From the IMG/VR virus record IMGVR_UViG_3300028886_000037, positions 1 to 64,000 of that record: DNA of 64,000 nt, one strand, 5' to 3'. This stretch comes from a virus. Lineage: Duplodnaviria; Caudoviricetes. The position numbers and the translations under genes were made by a program. Shown piece by piece: positions 8,264 through 17,206 of the stretch (its first letter is position 1; each line of letters opens with the position of its first letter). The notes under the pieces are model-generated. The model did not search any database. It had not been told where the DNA came from and saw nothing but the letters and a program-made list of their open reading frames with translations.

Positions 8264-10775
8264 TGGCTGCCTCTTCGTTATAAGGATAGGTCATCGCTTC
8301 AAGTATGCGGTAAGACGCTAACGTGATCGGCTCGCAGTAGTCTTCAGCAGCTCTTGAGAACTTGAACGAGACGTTCATGTAGTCGGTAGAGCTCTGTGCG
8401 TTCGTGTTGAATGAGGAGATGGCAGCGTTTGATCCATCTTCCTTCTGGCATGTCAAGACGACCTTGTCTCTGCGAAGATCTACCTTGAGAACTCGGAATG
8501 AGATGACCATGCCTGTCGGATTCAATGTTCCATATTCTCTCTTTGCGATAGAGAAATAGATCGGAAGTGATCCGTAAGTCTTTATCATTTCTCTGAAGCG
8601 CGTGAAGTAGTAAGCGCAGTTCTCTGGAATCGGGTACGCATTCTGGTAAACGGAAGAGTGTCCAACTTCAGTGAAGTCTGCGTACATAGGAACTTCGATC
8701 TTGATGGCAGTGTCAGATGTCGTGTTCTTGATCTGAATCATTCTGTCGCAGTTCCAGGAGAATGCGATCTTCTCTATACCCTGAGGTTTCTTTTCGATGA
8801 TGTCGAGAGTGTGGAACATGAAGAGATCTGATAGCTCAGACACCATCTCGTCGTAAATCTTGACGTCGCTGATGACGCGGTTGACTGGAAGAATCGACTT
8901 GACAGCCTTGAATGCGAAGTCTGAGAGTTTCTTCATGTCTGACGTGCTTATCTCGGCAGATGTCAGTACGATCGACAAGTGAGACGATAGACGGAAGTCG
9001 TCGCCCACTCGTGGATTCGGCTTCAGCTTGTTCGTGGTCGAGTCGGCTACCTCGTACTCAGGAATCATCTCGTGAGTTGGGCCTTCCCATAGCGGAATCA
9101 GTCTCGCCTTGATTCCGAGAACACGATAGAGAAGCTCGATCGACTTCGGTGTTCCCTTCCAGCGGTCGATGTATGGAAGGATACTGTAATATCTGCGGTA
9201 GATGGTCTCTGCTAGCTCTTCCTTAGTCTGTCTGAGATCCTTGTCCTCGTACTTAGCGAGAACATCAGCTGCCTCTTTCACATCCTCGTAGTTGAACGCT
9301 AGCTCGGATCCGTGCTCAGATGCGAAGTTAGTGAGCAGTGGAGCTTCACATGCGTCTGGGTTCTTGAATTCAGAGATTCTGTGGATCTTCTCTAGGATGC
9401 CTATGCGGCAGTCTTTGTCGAGCGGCGTGTACATCGTGTTGAGGTATCTCTCGAACAGCTTACAGAGTCCGAAGATTCCCTCGTTCTTCAATACGCCTGG
9501 AACGAACGGATCCACGTATAGTTTGCGCTTGTTGTCATCGCACTCGGAAACGAACGGGCCTAGATCTCTCTCTACGTATGTCTTAGCCTGAATCTGCGCC
9601 GCTAGATCCTTGTCAAGTTCGAACGAGATAGTCTCGCCGTAGATTGTACAGTTGAGCTCATCGATGTTGCCGTCTAAGTACGCATAAGCCTTGACGTAAC
9701 CGCTGCGATCAATGCCGTCTACGAGCTGTGTCGCAGAGACGAGCATCGTTCTGCCGTCAATCTCTAGACGGTCTTCCTCTGTAACTCCAGACAGATAGCC
9801 GACAGAGCCCTCACGTAGGCCGATCTTGATCTTGAATCCGAAGTCTGCCAACTTGTCGTGATTCGGATTGCTGACTGCGATAGTCGTCTTGCCTATCGTG
9901 TTCTCGTCGATAATCATCGAAGCTGGATAAGTGTCCACGAATCCGAGCTCAAGGCGCTTGATCATAGCGAGCAGATCTTCTTCTGTGATATGGTACTTGA
10001 CGAAGACCTTGTCAAGCGGTCCCTCTAAAGTATTTCCAGCTATATCAAAGAATTTGAAATTTAGCTTGAAATAGCTTATAATCGGGTCATCAATACCACC
10101 AGTGCATGCGTTCAGTTCAACCTTCTCTGGATCGATTTCGATATTGACCTTGTACAGAGTCTTGTCAACCGGAGATTGTTGAATCTCAACATAGATTCCG
10201 TCAGAGCTTGTCCCTGAAGCTTCCCAATAAGGAGATGTGCCGTCCTTTCTAGTTCTTTTGATCTGAGTGACCCACTCTTGAAGCACTTCTTTCCAAGCAG
10301 AAATTTCATAAACGTCGCTATCGATGCCGCTATCGTCCTTGATTAGCATCTCCAACGACCACATTTCGTGAGTGGAATGTCGTCCTGAATGACCTCCTGG
10401 GGTCTCGAATGAAGTGAAGTGGCCAGTGTAGCTTAGAAGTTTCGGTGCAACATAATCGAGAACGACGTTCTTCTGAGTGCTATAGACTCTATACTCGCCT
10501 GCGCTGCTGTCGAAGTAGATCGTTCCGTCAAGGTCATTCTCATAAGGAGCGCTTGCGTTAGCGAACGAAGGTGCTCCAGAACGACCTTCCTCAGGGAAAG
10601 TGTCTGTCGGTGGAAGATTCTGAGTCGGACCGAGTTCAGACTGATTTCGATACGGCGGAGCAGTTGCACCGTCTCTGTGGTTTTCGCTGTCGAACATCCA
10701 CGTGATGTAGTCAGGATTTATGGCATCAAATAGTCTGAGCTTGCCATCGTACTCTTTTAACACTTCGATCTTCAT
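8256..10775 (-). CDS. Baseplate wedge protein (gp7/tail protein I-like)
   Basis: RWKGTPKSIELLYRVLG motif; late promoter immediately upstream. Confidence 0.6.
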   Translation of the reverse strand: MKIEVLKEYDGKLRLFDAINPDYITWMFDSENHRDGATAPPYRNQSELGPTQNLPPTDTFPEEGRSGAPSFANASAPYENDLDGTIYFDSSAGEYRVYSTQKNVVLDYVAPKLLSYTGHFTSFETPGGHSGRHSTHEMWSLEMLIKDDSGIDSDVYEISAWKEVLQEWVTQIKRTRKDGTSPYWEASGTSSDGIYVEIQQSPVDKTLYKVNIEIDPEKVELNACTGGIDDPIISYFKLNFKFFDIAGNTLEGPLDKVFVKYHITEEDLLAMIKRLELGFVDTYPASMIIDENTIGKTTIAVSNPNHDKLADFGFKIKIGLREGSVGYLSGVTEEDRLEIDGRTMLVSATQLVDGIDRSGYVKAYAYLDGNIDELNCTIYGETISFELDKDLAAQIQAKTYVERDLGPFVSECDDNKRKLYVDPFVPGVLKNEGIFGLCKLFERYLNTMYTPLDKDCRIGILEKIHRISEFKNPDACEAPLLTNFASEHGSELAFNYEDVKEAADVLAKYEDKDLRQTKEELAETIYRRYYSILPYIDRWKGTPKSIELLYRVLGIKARLIPLWEGPTHEMIPEYEVADSTTNKLKPNPRVGDDFRLSSHLSIVLTSAEISTSDMKKLSDFAFKAVKSILPVNRVISDVKIYDEMVSELSDLFMFHTLDIIEKKPQGIEKIAFSWNCDRMIQIKNTTSDTAIKIEVPMYADFTEVGHSSVYQNAYPIPENCAYYFTRFREMIKTYGSLPIYFSIAKREYGTLNPTGMVISFRVLKVDLRRDKVVLTCQKEDGSNAAISSFNTNAQSSTDYMNVSFKFSRAAEDYCEPITLASYRILEAMTYPYNEEAANE

Positions 10776-10782
10776 ATCAAAG

Positions 10783-10814
10783 TATTTATAACATTTCTGA
10801 AACTATTATAAATA
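10783..10814. promoter_or_regulatory. Divergent pair of T4-type late promoters (TATAAATA): minus strand 10783-10790, plus strand 10807-10814
   Basis: Exact T4 gp55 late consensus on both strands; the plus-strand copy points into a non-coding region. Confidence 0.7.
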
Positions 10815-10852
10815 CAACATAGGTTTTCAAAAGTATATCTTAAGTATACAGT

Positions 10853-11035
10853 ACCCATGGAAGGTGGGGAAGGGTTATCCTGAAAAAACCAATAGCCTCG
10901 GAAACTGATAGCAAAAGGCTAGATCTTTTGCTGGATTAAAGGAACCAGTCACAGCTTGTAGCAAGACTATAAGTCACGCTGGAAAATCATCAACTAAAGT
11001 TGAGTGATTTGCTTCATAGCCGACTACACAAAAAA
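10853..11035 (+). ncRNA. Stand-alone (orphan) TnpB omega-RNA: scaffold 10853-11017 plus guide from 11018
   Basis: Collinear similarity and compensatory base changes relative to the tnpB 3' region 60912-61059; ends in CTTCAT; no ORF. Confidence 0.8.
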
Positions 11036-11068
11036 GAGCACTGCCGAAGGACCAGAACGGCAGTGCTC
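11030..11068 (-). terminator. Rho-independent terminator
   Basis: GAGCACTGCCG/CGGCAGTGCTC stem followed by T6 on the minus strand, downstream of 11098..11466. Confidence 0.75.
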
Positions 11069-11097
11069 AAGCCTAGGAAATGACCAAAGAACCTAGG

Positions 11098-11466
11098 CTA
11101 TAAGAGTCTGAGCATATTGTCTGGACGACCCTGCTCTTCGTATATTTTGTAGATACGATCGTATTCTTTCATGTGATTTTTCATCGTGCGATATGCGACC
11201 AAATAGATAATGACCCAGATGACCGTCTCTATTACCATGCCAGATACGAACTTTCCCGAGTAGAGTGCGAACATAATCGTGTAGAGATCTAGGATCACGA
11301 CGTAAAAAGCGAACAGAGAGCCCCATTTGAAGGTCTTTTCCTTCTTGCGCTTGCTCTTACGGAAGAACGTATGATCTCCCAAGAGAATCATGAAGAGATA
11401 CGCTAGGGACATAAACAGCCCTAGATATTGTGTGAACATTAGCGGAATATAGACTTCCTCATTCAT
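11098..11466 (-). CDS. Membrane protein (about 3 TM helices)
   Basis: Three hydrophobic segments and a basic loop; AAGGAG RBS. Confidence 0.7.
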   Translation of the reverse strand: MNEEVYIPLMFTQYLGLFMSLAYLFMILLGDHTFFRKSKRKKEKTFKWGSLFAFYVVILDLYTIMFALYSGKFVSGMVIETVIWVIIYLVAYRTMKNHMKEYDRIYKIYEEQGRPDNMLRLL

Positions 11467-11583
11467 ATTTTCTTCCTTGTATGGATAATATACTTATTTG
11501 TTGCGGTGTTCGTTATTCGTCATCCTAACATTTTTCTTGATTTTAAGATTTCAAAATGTTAGGATGAAGAAAAATGTTATGGT

Positions 11584-11868
11584 CTAGCCGTTGTACTTCG
11601 GAAGTTTCGGCTTTCGGATTCGATCAACGACCTGAACAGAAGATTCGTAAGAGCCAGATCCGTCCCAAGACCACTTGAAGTAAGTATCGCTCTCTACTTC
11701 GCAATGGCCAGGACCTGTTGAAGCATAGCCTGGAGTAGCATCACCTCAGTCACGACGGCACTTCTCTTTGGCGAGCTCCCAGTTTTCTTTGGAATATGGA
11801 AATGTCTCGATGTGGTCATCGGTGTGGCGGTCGTGGTGGATGTAGACGATAGATTTGCGATTGGCCAT
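11584..11868 (-). pseudogene. Small hypothetical gene interrupted by an in-frame TGA
   Basis: AGGAG RBS; MANRKSIV...KCRRD*GDATPG...KYNG*; TGA at 11746-11748. Confidence 0.65.
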
Positions 11869-11899
11869 TTGATGTCTCCTTGTTGAGGTTTTAGTTAAA

Positions 11900-12184
11900 G
11901 GCTATGTCCACTCAATGTGTTGCTAGTTGGACTTAGCAGACCACCAGGCATCTTGCATTTCACTCAAATCATCCCGAATTTCTAACAACTGTTCATAATA
12001 ATACTGATATTTGGCGTCCGCTACATCTTCATTGAGTTCAGCTCGTTGTTCAATATAACGTGCAAACTCAATCAGATTATTAGAAATTTCTTTAATTTTT
12101 TCTTTTGTCATATCTACTCCTCTGGTTAGTTTTAGACATTTTTGGGCGTTTTATAGGCCAGCAACACTTTGGGTGGACATAGCC
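11900..12184. mobile_element. Non-autonomous IS1595-family (ISPna2-like) mini-element / mobile insertion cassette
   Basis: 25-bp terminal inverted repeats beginning GGCTATG (23/25 match); 8-bp direct repeat TAGTTAAA at 11892-11899 and 12185-12192. Confidence 0.8.
11923..12111 (-). CDS. Hypothetical helical passenger protein inside the mini-element
   Basis: GAGGAG RBS; AT-richer than the flanks; stop codon overlaps the left TIR. Confidence 0.65.
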   Translation of the reverse strand: MTKEKIKEISNNLIEFARYIEQRAELNEDVADAKYQYYYEQLLEIRDDLSEMQDAWWSAKSN

Positions 12185-12193
12185 TAGTTAAAA

Positions 12194-12499
12194 TTACGCT
12201 TCGTAGCCCTGAAGACGAGCCAGGCTGATGAAGTACTGCTTGGTCATCAGATCCCAGTGATTGATGTAGTCTTCGATGCAGTCGACGGCAGTTTCCATGA
12301 CCTTGTCATGGGGACCATGTGCGGTGAAGAGGACTTCGTCGTTGAGCTCGGTAGCGAGGATCGAAAGAGAGTTGCGGTCTTTGACGAGCTTGCACTTGAT
12401 CGGACAGACGTCTTTCTTGTTGAGGTCGAAGATAGTGCCGCTCTTCATGGCTTCGAGCTTAGCGATCATGCGGGTCTTTTGGTCTTTCGTGTACTTCAT
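12194..12499 (-). CDS. Hypothetical early protein
   Basis: AAGGA RBS; downstream of the conserved early promoter. Confidence 0.7.
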   Translation of the reverse strand: MKYTKDQKTRMIAKLEAMKSGTIFDLNKKDVCPIKCKLVKDRNSLSILATELNDEVLFTAHGPHDKVMETAVDCIEDYINHWDLMTKQYFISLARLQGYEA

Positions 12500-12535
12500 A
12501 TTGACGGTCCTTGTTAAGAGTTAGATCTTTTGTTG

Positions 12536-12578
12536 TTTACATAGTAAATATAAGTATTTTCAAGAGAATTCTAAACCC
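12536..12578 (-). promoter_or_regulatory. Early sigma70-type promoter (TTTAGA-17-TATATT)
   Basis: One of four near-identical copies in the window. Confidence 0.7.
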
Positions 12579-12589
12579 TAAAAACAAGA

Positions 12590-12619
12590 AAATCTCTGTG
12601 GAAATTTCCACAGAGATTT
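12590..12619. repeat. Perfect 30-bp palindrome (terminator or operator)
   Basis: AAATCTCTGTGGAAATTTCCACAGAGATTT. Confidence 0.85.
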
Positions 12620-12643
12620 GTAACAGATTTTATATAGTTTTTG

Positions 12644-13540
12644 TTACGATTTTGCTTCTACGATCATGCCGCAGCTGTTTAGAAGTTCGACTGCTTCGTC
12701 GAACTGACGATCAGCGCTATAGCGGTCCATCATGTACTGCTGCTGATCGAACTTCGGTGTATACTTCGGATCGTCTGGGTTTCTGACAGCAGCGTCAATC
12801 GCGTCACTGTCAAGATAGAGCTGATAGCCATAGACTATAGCTCCCTGACCGCGACCGTTCTCAGGTTCGACTTTGTACTTCCAGTGCCGATTGTCACTTG
12901 CGTTTTTCTCGATGGCTGTGATGACATAAGCCTTTCCGTCTCTCAGATCAGATCTGTGAGTTCCATAGACTACGTCGCCGACTTCGAATCCGTGTTCCTT
13001 CTCGAAGTTTCTTCTAGCCCTGTTCTCTAGGTTAGACTTGTTGCTGCTTCTAGCGTTCAGAGCCCTAGAATAGACGACGTAGCGATGAAGAGCCTTTTCA
13101 AGCTTATCGAAGTCGATCTCAAGCTTGATGCCTTTGTCAAGCTCGTCAAGAAGACCGTCAAATCTTCTCAATACCGACTTCGCCTCATCTCTCGGCATTT
13201 TCTGGATCTTGTTGTAGAACTTTTCACGAACAGCTTCATAGATCCTGTCGGTTAGTCCATCCGCTATATAGTTCTTCAGCGATTCAACATCATCGAAAAT
13301 CTTATAGAATAGATAATCATCTCCCAGATAGACTCTCACCTCGAGTCCGCCCTTCCAGTTAGGAATTATTCTCACATTGAAGTCACCAACGCTGGTATCG
13401 ATCTTGAAGTTCAACTTCTCTAGTCTTTTCTGATGAAAATCGTGTACCCATTTCGCCGCTTTAGCAGTTCTAGCGTCCTCTCTCCAGTCTTCGTCTAGAC
13501 TCTCGCGTCTCATATCTGAAAGCTTTTCCATGATTCCCAT
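12644..13540 (-). CDS. Hypothetical late protein with an SH3/KOW-like segment, possible internal head protein
   Basis: FEVGDVVYG segment; C-terminal DEAVELLNSCGMIVE motif; TATAAATA at 13571-13578. Confidence 0.55.
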   Translation of the reverse strand: MGIMEKLSDMRRESLDEDWREDARTAKAAKWVHDFHQKRLEKLNFKIDTSVGDFNVRIIPNWKGGLEVRVYLGDDYLFYKIFDDVESLKNYIADGLTDRIYEAVREKFYNKIQKMPRDEAKSVLRRFDGLLDELDKGIKLEIDFDKLEKALHRYVVYSRALNARSSNKSNLENRARRNFEKEHGFEVGDVVYGTHRSDLRDGKAYVITAIEKNASDNRHWKYKVEPENGRGQGAIVYGYQLYLDSDAIDAAVRNPDDPKYTPKFDQQQYMMDRYSADRQFDEAVELLNSCGMIVEAKS

Positions 13541-13619
13541 GTTAAATTCTCCGTGTTGTGCTTTTCTGATTATTTATATCTGAGCGCTATAAATAAAGAG
13601 TAACTAAAGGAGACTCGCT

Positions 13620-14378
13620 ATGAAGTCCATCAGAGAAACTGAAGAGAAAGTCCAAAAGCCAGGTCCAAAGTCCAACAAGATTCTGATCAACAAGGATCTT
13701 CTTCCGTCAAAGGGCAAATACTACAAGACCGACCTATTTGCTCGTAAGCTCAGCGCAATCGAGATGAAAGAACTGTCGAAGGTGACCCGTGAGTCCGTCG
13801 ATCGTGTCTTCAACAGCACAATCGCGTCAGCTATTGACGGGATCGAACTCTCAGACGTTCAGAGAAACGACAAGCTGTGGCTGATCTACTACCTCCGCTC
13901 GATCACTTACAACGACATTCCGATGAAGGTTGAGGGTGAGTGCAAGAGCTGCAAGAAGAAGGCTTGGTACGACTACCGTCTCATGAACTTGGACGTCGTA
14001 TATGCTGAGAAAGAGCTAGAAAAAGAGCTCGTGCTTCCAAACGGAGATACTCTCGAACTCAGATTCCCGACCATCGGAGACGAGATCGAGATCGCTCGCA
14101 CGAAGAACAACCCAGCATACATCGAGAATATCGACACAGACGTGATGACGGTCGCATCGCACATCAGCTCTATCAACGGAGAGGCAGTGAGCATCTATGA
14201 AGCTTACACGTACTTCGCAAGAGGAAAGGGAAGCGCACTGGACTATGCGAAACTCGTATCGCACCTCAAGAAGTTCGCGTTCGGTGCGAGACCTTACGCT
14301 AAGTTCCCGTGCTCATGCGGTGAATATGCTGAAGCAGAAGTGCCGCTGACTACTGCCTTCTTCCTCCCAGAGATCTAA
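13620..14378 (+). CDS. Baseplate hub assembly protein, gp26-like
   Basis: LPSKG ... LRSITY ... CKSC ... LRFPT ... CSCG; late promoter at 13588-13595. Confidence 0.7.
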   Translation: MKSIRETEEKVQKPGPKSNKILINKDLLPSKGKYYKTDLFARKLSAIEMKELSKVTRESVDRVFNSTIASAIDGIELSDVQRNDKLWLIYYLRSITYNDIPMKVEGECKSCKKKAWYDYRLMNLDVVYAEKELEKELVLPNGDTLELRFPTIGDEIEIARTKNNPAYIENIDTDVMTVASHISSINGEAVSIYEAYTYFARGKGSALDYAKLVSHLKKFAFGARPYAKFPCSCGEYAEAEVPLTTAFFLPEI

Positions 14379-14992
14379 TTCGTCTTAGACACTACTGGAA
14401 CTTTCAACGGCTCGATGGCCCAAGTGCCATCGGGCAATTTTTGTTGAACGGTGAGTCCGAACTTCTCATATTCGAACGTCGTCTGGAAAGTGACTACTGA
14501 AGCGTCACCGAACTCGAGATCCAAGTTGCTGATTCCAGTCAGAAATGCACGATGGAATGACAGCTTCGCGAACGGCATCTTCGCATTGTCAAGCGAGTAC
14601 ACGTCTATTCGGTCGATGCAGTTGTCTCTAAGAAGAGGTTCTGATCCCTCTTCTCTTCCACCACGCGCTGGAATGCCATATCGTGAACCCTGCGCCCATG
14701 CGGCGAAGATGATGTAGTTCATGAACTTAGAGTCCAACGTCCAAGTCACTGTCAGAGTGTTAGTGTCTCTAGCGCCCTGAGGATTCGGATGCTTCTGAAC
14801 CTCATGCTGCCAATACGAGTGTAGCAGCTTGAGCGTTATGTTCGGAAGCTGGACGGACTTGACCGAGGTAGAGAATGTAGCCAAATCGAGCTCGTCATCT
14901 GGAATGATCGTCAGGTTTGGAATGTTGCTCATCACTAGCTCATATTTGTTCTTAGTGAATAAGTTGACGTTTTTGTTCATCGTTTCTGACAT
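14375..14992 (-). CDS. Tail tube terminator/completion protein, gp3-like
   Basis: NKYELVMSNIP ... VQLPNITL ... LTVTWTLD ... AFLTGISNLDL ... TFEYE. Confidence 0.65.
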   Translation of the reverse strand: MSETMNKNVNLFTKNKYELVMSNIPNLTIIPDDELDLATFSTSVKSVQLPNITLKLLHSYWQHEVQKHPNPQGARDTNTLTVTWTLDSKFMNYIIFAAWAQGSRYGIPARGGREEGSEPLLRDNCIDRIDVYSLDNAKMPFAKLSFHRAFLTGISNLDLEFGDASVVTFQTTFEYEKFGLTVQQKLPDGTWAIEPLKVPVVSKTN

Positions 14993-15000
14993 GTTTATCC

Positions 15001-15726
15001 TCAGTCAAATTGTAAATTTCCGTAAATGTACCCAGTGAAAGTGCCAGGGTAGAGATCAGTGTTCCTTCTGATTTCTCCAGTGTACTGGTACCAGATGAAC
15101 GAAGATCGAGATGCGGTCTGTTTCACGAATCGTCCAACGAGTTCCCATACATCTTTGCACTTGTTGAACTTTCCGCCCTTCATGATCGTCATCACTTTCG
15201 ATCCAGCATCCTTCCAGTCTTTCAGGAACTTCTGCTCGGTGAACTTGTTGCCCGTCGTCAGGTAGAACGAAGGAGTTCCGATCAATACTTCGGACGTGTA
15301 GAACATGGGCGTAGAGAATCCTACGTTTGGAGGAGAATCTTTCAGGATCGTTAGATATGGCGCGATCGTCAGTTTAGAGCGCAATAGAGCACGTCCTATG
15401 AGCTCGAAGTAGTTCTCCCAAAATGACCCATCGCCATTCCTGCACTTAGCTGCAACGGCGTCGTAATCGCCCTCTGTGGCCATTCCTGGCACATAAGCGA
15501 CAATACCGCCGCAGCTAGGTCCAGAATTAGGAGGATATAGATAGGGAATTGGAGCGGCTGGAGGGAATTCGATCATTCCAGTCACTCCGAACTGTGGCGC
15601 GAACTGATTGTTCAGGAGACTCGTCGAGATGTAGTCGTTTATGCTATTGACGAGACGGTTTCTCGTCCATTCATAACTCGGCTTAGGATCGCAGAGATTC
15701 TCCAAAGTTATCTTGCCAAAGTTCAC
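15001..15726 (-). CDS. Hypothetical protein (possibly structural)
   Basis: 241-aa ORF with a GTG start in the minus-strand operon. Confidence 0.55.
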   Translation of the reverse strand: MNFGKITLENLCDPKPSYEWTRNRLVNSINDYISTSLLNNQFAPQFGVTGMIEFPPAAPIPYLYPPNSGPSCGGIVAYVPGMATEGDYDAVAAKCRNGDGSFWENYFELIGRALLRSKLTIAPYLTILKDSPPNVGFSTPMFYTSEVLIGTPSFYLTTGNKFTEQKFLKDWKDAGSKVMTIMKGGKFNKCKDVWELVGRFVKQTASRSSFIWYQYTGEIRRNTDLYPGTFTGYIYGNLQFD

Positions 15727-15744
15727 TATATCCTCCAGATCGGC

Positions 15745-16203
15745 TTATTCGACTGTGTACTTAGTCACCTTCGGTTCTGGGATCTTTGCGAGAGGAACAT
15801 TCACGATCAATAGTCCGTTCTGAACCTTCGGCTTGATCTGAGAGAGATCATACTTAGTCTCGACGCTGATCTCGAGTCTGAGATGACCGCTCTTGATTCT
15901 CTCTTCGATGTACTTGCGCTTCTTGTCGCTCTTTTCGTCCTTGACTTCGATGACGAGCATAGGGAGAGTCTCTGTTTCCTTAGAAGACACAGAAACGTCG
16001 TCCTTGGTCTTGCCAACGACTGCGACTTCGTATGTGATTGAGCCGTCCTCTTCCTCTACGACATTGTAGGGCCAGTGACAGTTAGATTCGAATTCCGACT
16101 TGATTGCCTTCTCAAACGGAGTAGGTCTGTAATAGTCGAAATGATTGAGAGCGTTCTGAAGTTGATCGGCCAGAGAAAGGCCGTTGTTTAGGATTCCATC
16201 CAT
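15745..16203 (-). CDS. Small heat-shock protein (Hsp20 family)
   Basis: PYNVVE ... YEVAVVG ... VQNGLLIVNVP alpha-crystallin motifs. Confidence 0.9.
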   Translation of the reverse strand: MDGILNNGLSLADQLQNALNHFDYYRPTPFEKAIKSEFESNCHWPYNVVEEEDGSITYEVAVVGKTKDDVSVSSKETETLPMLVIEVKDEKSDKKRKYIEERIKSGHLRLEISVETKYDLSQIKPKVQNGLLIVNVPLAKIPEPKVTKYTVE

Positions 16204-16354
16204 GATTTTATTCCTTGTGCAGTTTGCACGGATATGGACGATTAGCTGATCCTAGGCAGTCTGCTTCGGGTGCATACAAAAAGAAGCGCCTCAAGTGGAG
16301 AAGCGCTTCTTATTGCTTCGTCCAGATTATTTATATCTGGACTGTCTCTCTCTG

Positions 16355-16633
16355 TTAAGTGTATTCAGAGGTTCTTTCGGCACAGAGCTCATAGTTCGGA
16401 GTTACGCCGTAGTGTTCCTTCAACAGAGCCGATGCGGCCGAGCAGAAAATGTACTTCCGAGCTTGGAAGCCCCAGTAGTACAGAGACTGAAGTTCGTGCT
16501 GCGTCATCCCTTGGATGGACTCCCGAGCCTGACGGTAGGTCTTCTGCTCTACCATGTTGCGGATTTCGTCGTTACTGAAGAACTTTCGTTCGTTTCCAGT
16601 GTCGACGAGGAAGTTGATCTCTTCGCAAGGCAT
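16355..16633 (-). CDS. Hypothetical protein
   Basis: GGAGG RBS; phage-like codon use. Confidence 0.55.
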   Translation of the reverse strand: MPCEEINFLVDTGNERKFFSNDEIRNMVEQKTYRQARESIQGMTQHELQSLYYWGFQARKYIFCSAASALLKEHYGVTPNYELCAERTSEYT

Positions 16634-16650
16634 TTGATACCTCCATCCGA

Positions 16651-17127
16651 TTAGAGCGCCTGCGGAGCGGGACGAACATTATCGGGATAGAAGTACGAGA
16701 TGCGGATATCTTCCAGACGGCAGTACTGGCGAGTGAGCCAGTAGTAGAGTTCGCCTTCCGGAACCCACTTGAACTTCACATACTTCGGAATGCGAAGATT
16801 GCTACTCTTGTCGTAGCGGGTGAGTGAGCTCGTGGAGAAGCTCATCGGAAGCTGTTCATCCAAGACAACTTCGGTGCGGTAGTTGACCTTGTCGTCATCT
16901 ACGCGCTGGATGTACTGAAGCGCATGCTTGTTGCGTGCAACTTCATCGATTTCACGACCAGTGAGCTGAACGAACAGCTTCTTTACGGCGTCTGCCGGAT
17001 TTTCGGCGGTCATGAGGTCGCTGGGCAGCACCCAGTCGTTGTGACCAGCGGTCTTGGAGGTGGTAGGAAGAGCAATGAGAACATTGCCGTTGGAGGAGAT
17101 CTTGAGGTTATAACGTGCGATTGCCAT
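16651..17127 (-). CDS. Degenerate Nudix-fold-like protein
   Basis: GNVLIA ... WVLPS ... ENPADAVKKLFVQLTG ... FKWVP; lacks the REUXEE glutamates. Confidence 0.45.
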   Translation of the reverse strand: MAIARYNLKISSNGNVLIALPTTSKTAGHNDWVLPSDLMTAENPADAVKKLFVQLTGREIDEVARNKHALQYIQRVDDDKVNYRTEVVLDEQLPMSFSTSSLTRYDKSSNLRIPKYVKFKWVPEGELYYWLTRQYCRLEDIRISYFYPDNVRPAPQAL

Positions 17128-17206
17128 CGTTATGTGTTCCTTAAGTTGTGAATAAGAAGCGGCGCCAAGTTAAGTCTGACGCCACTTCGTTATTCGGTGT
17201 AACAAA

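Noticed and set aside
11746-11748. Alternative genetic code (TGA or TAG recoding)
   Set aside because: Core genes are intact in code 11, and both TGA and TAG end conserved genes at sensible positions.
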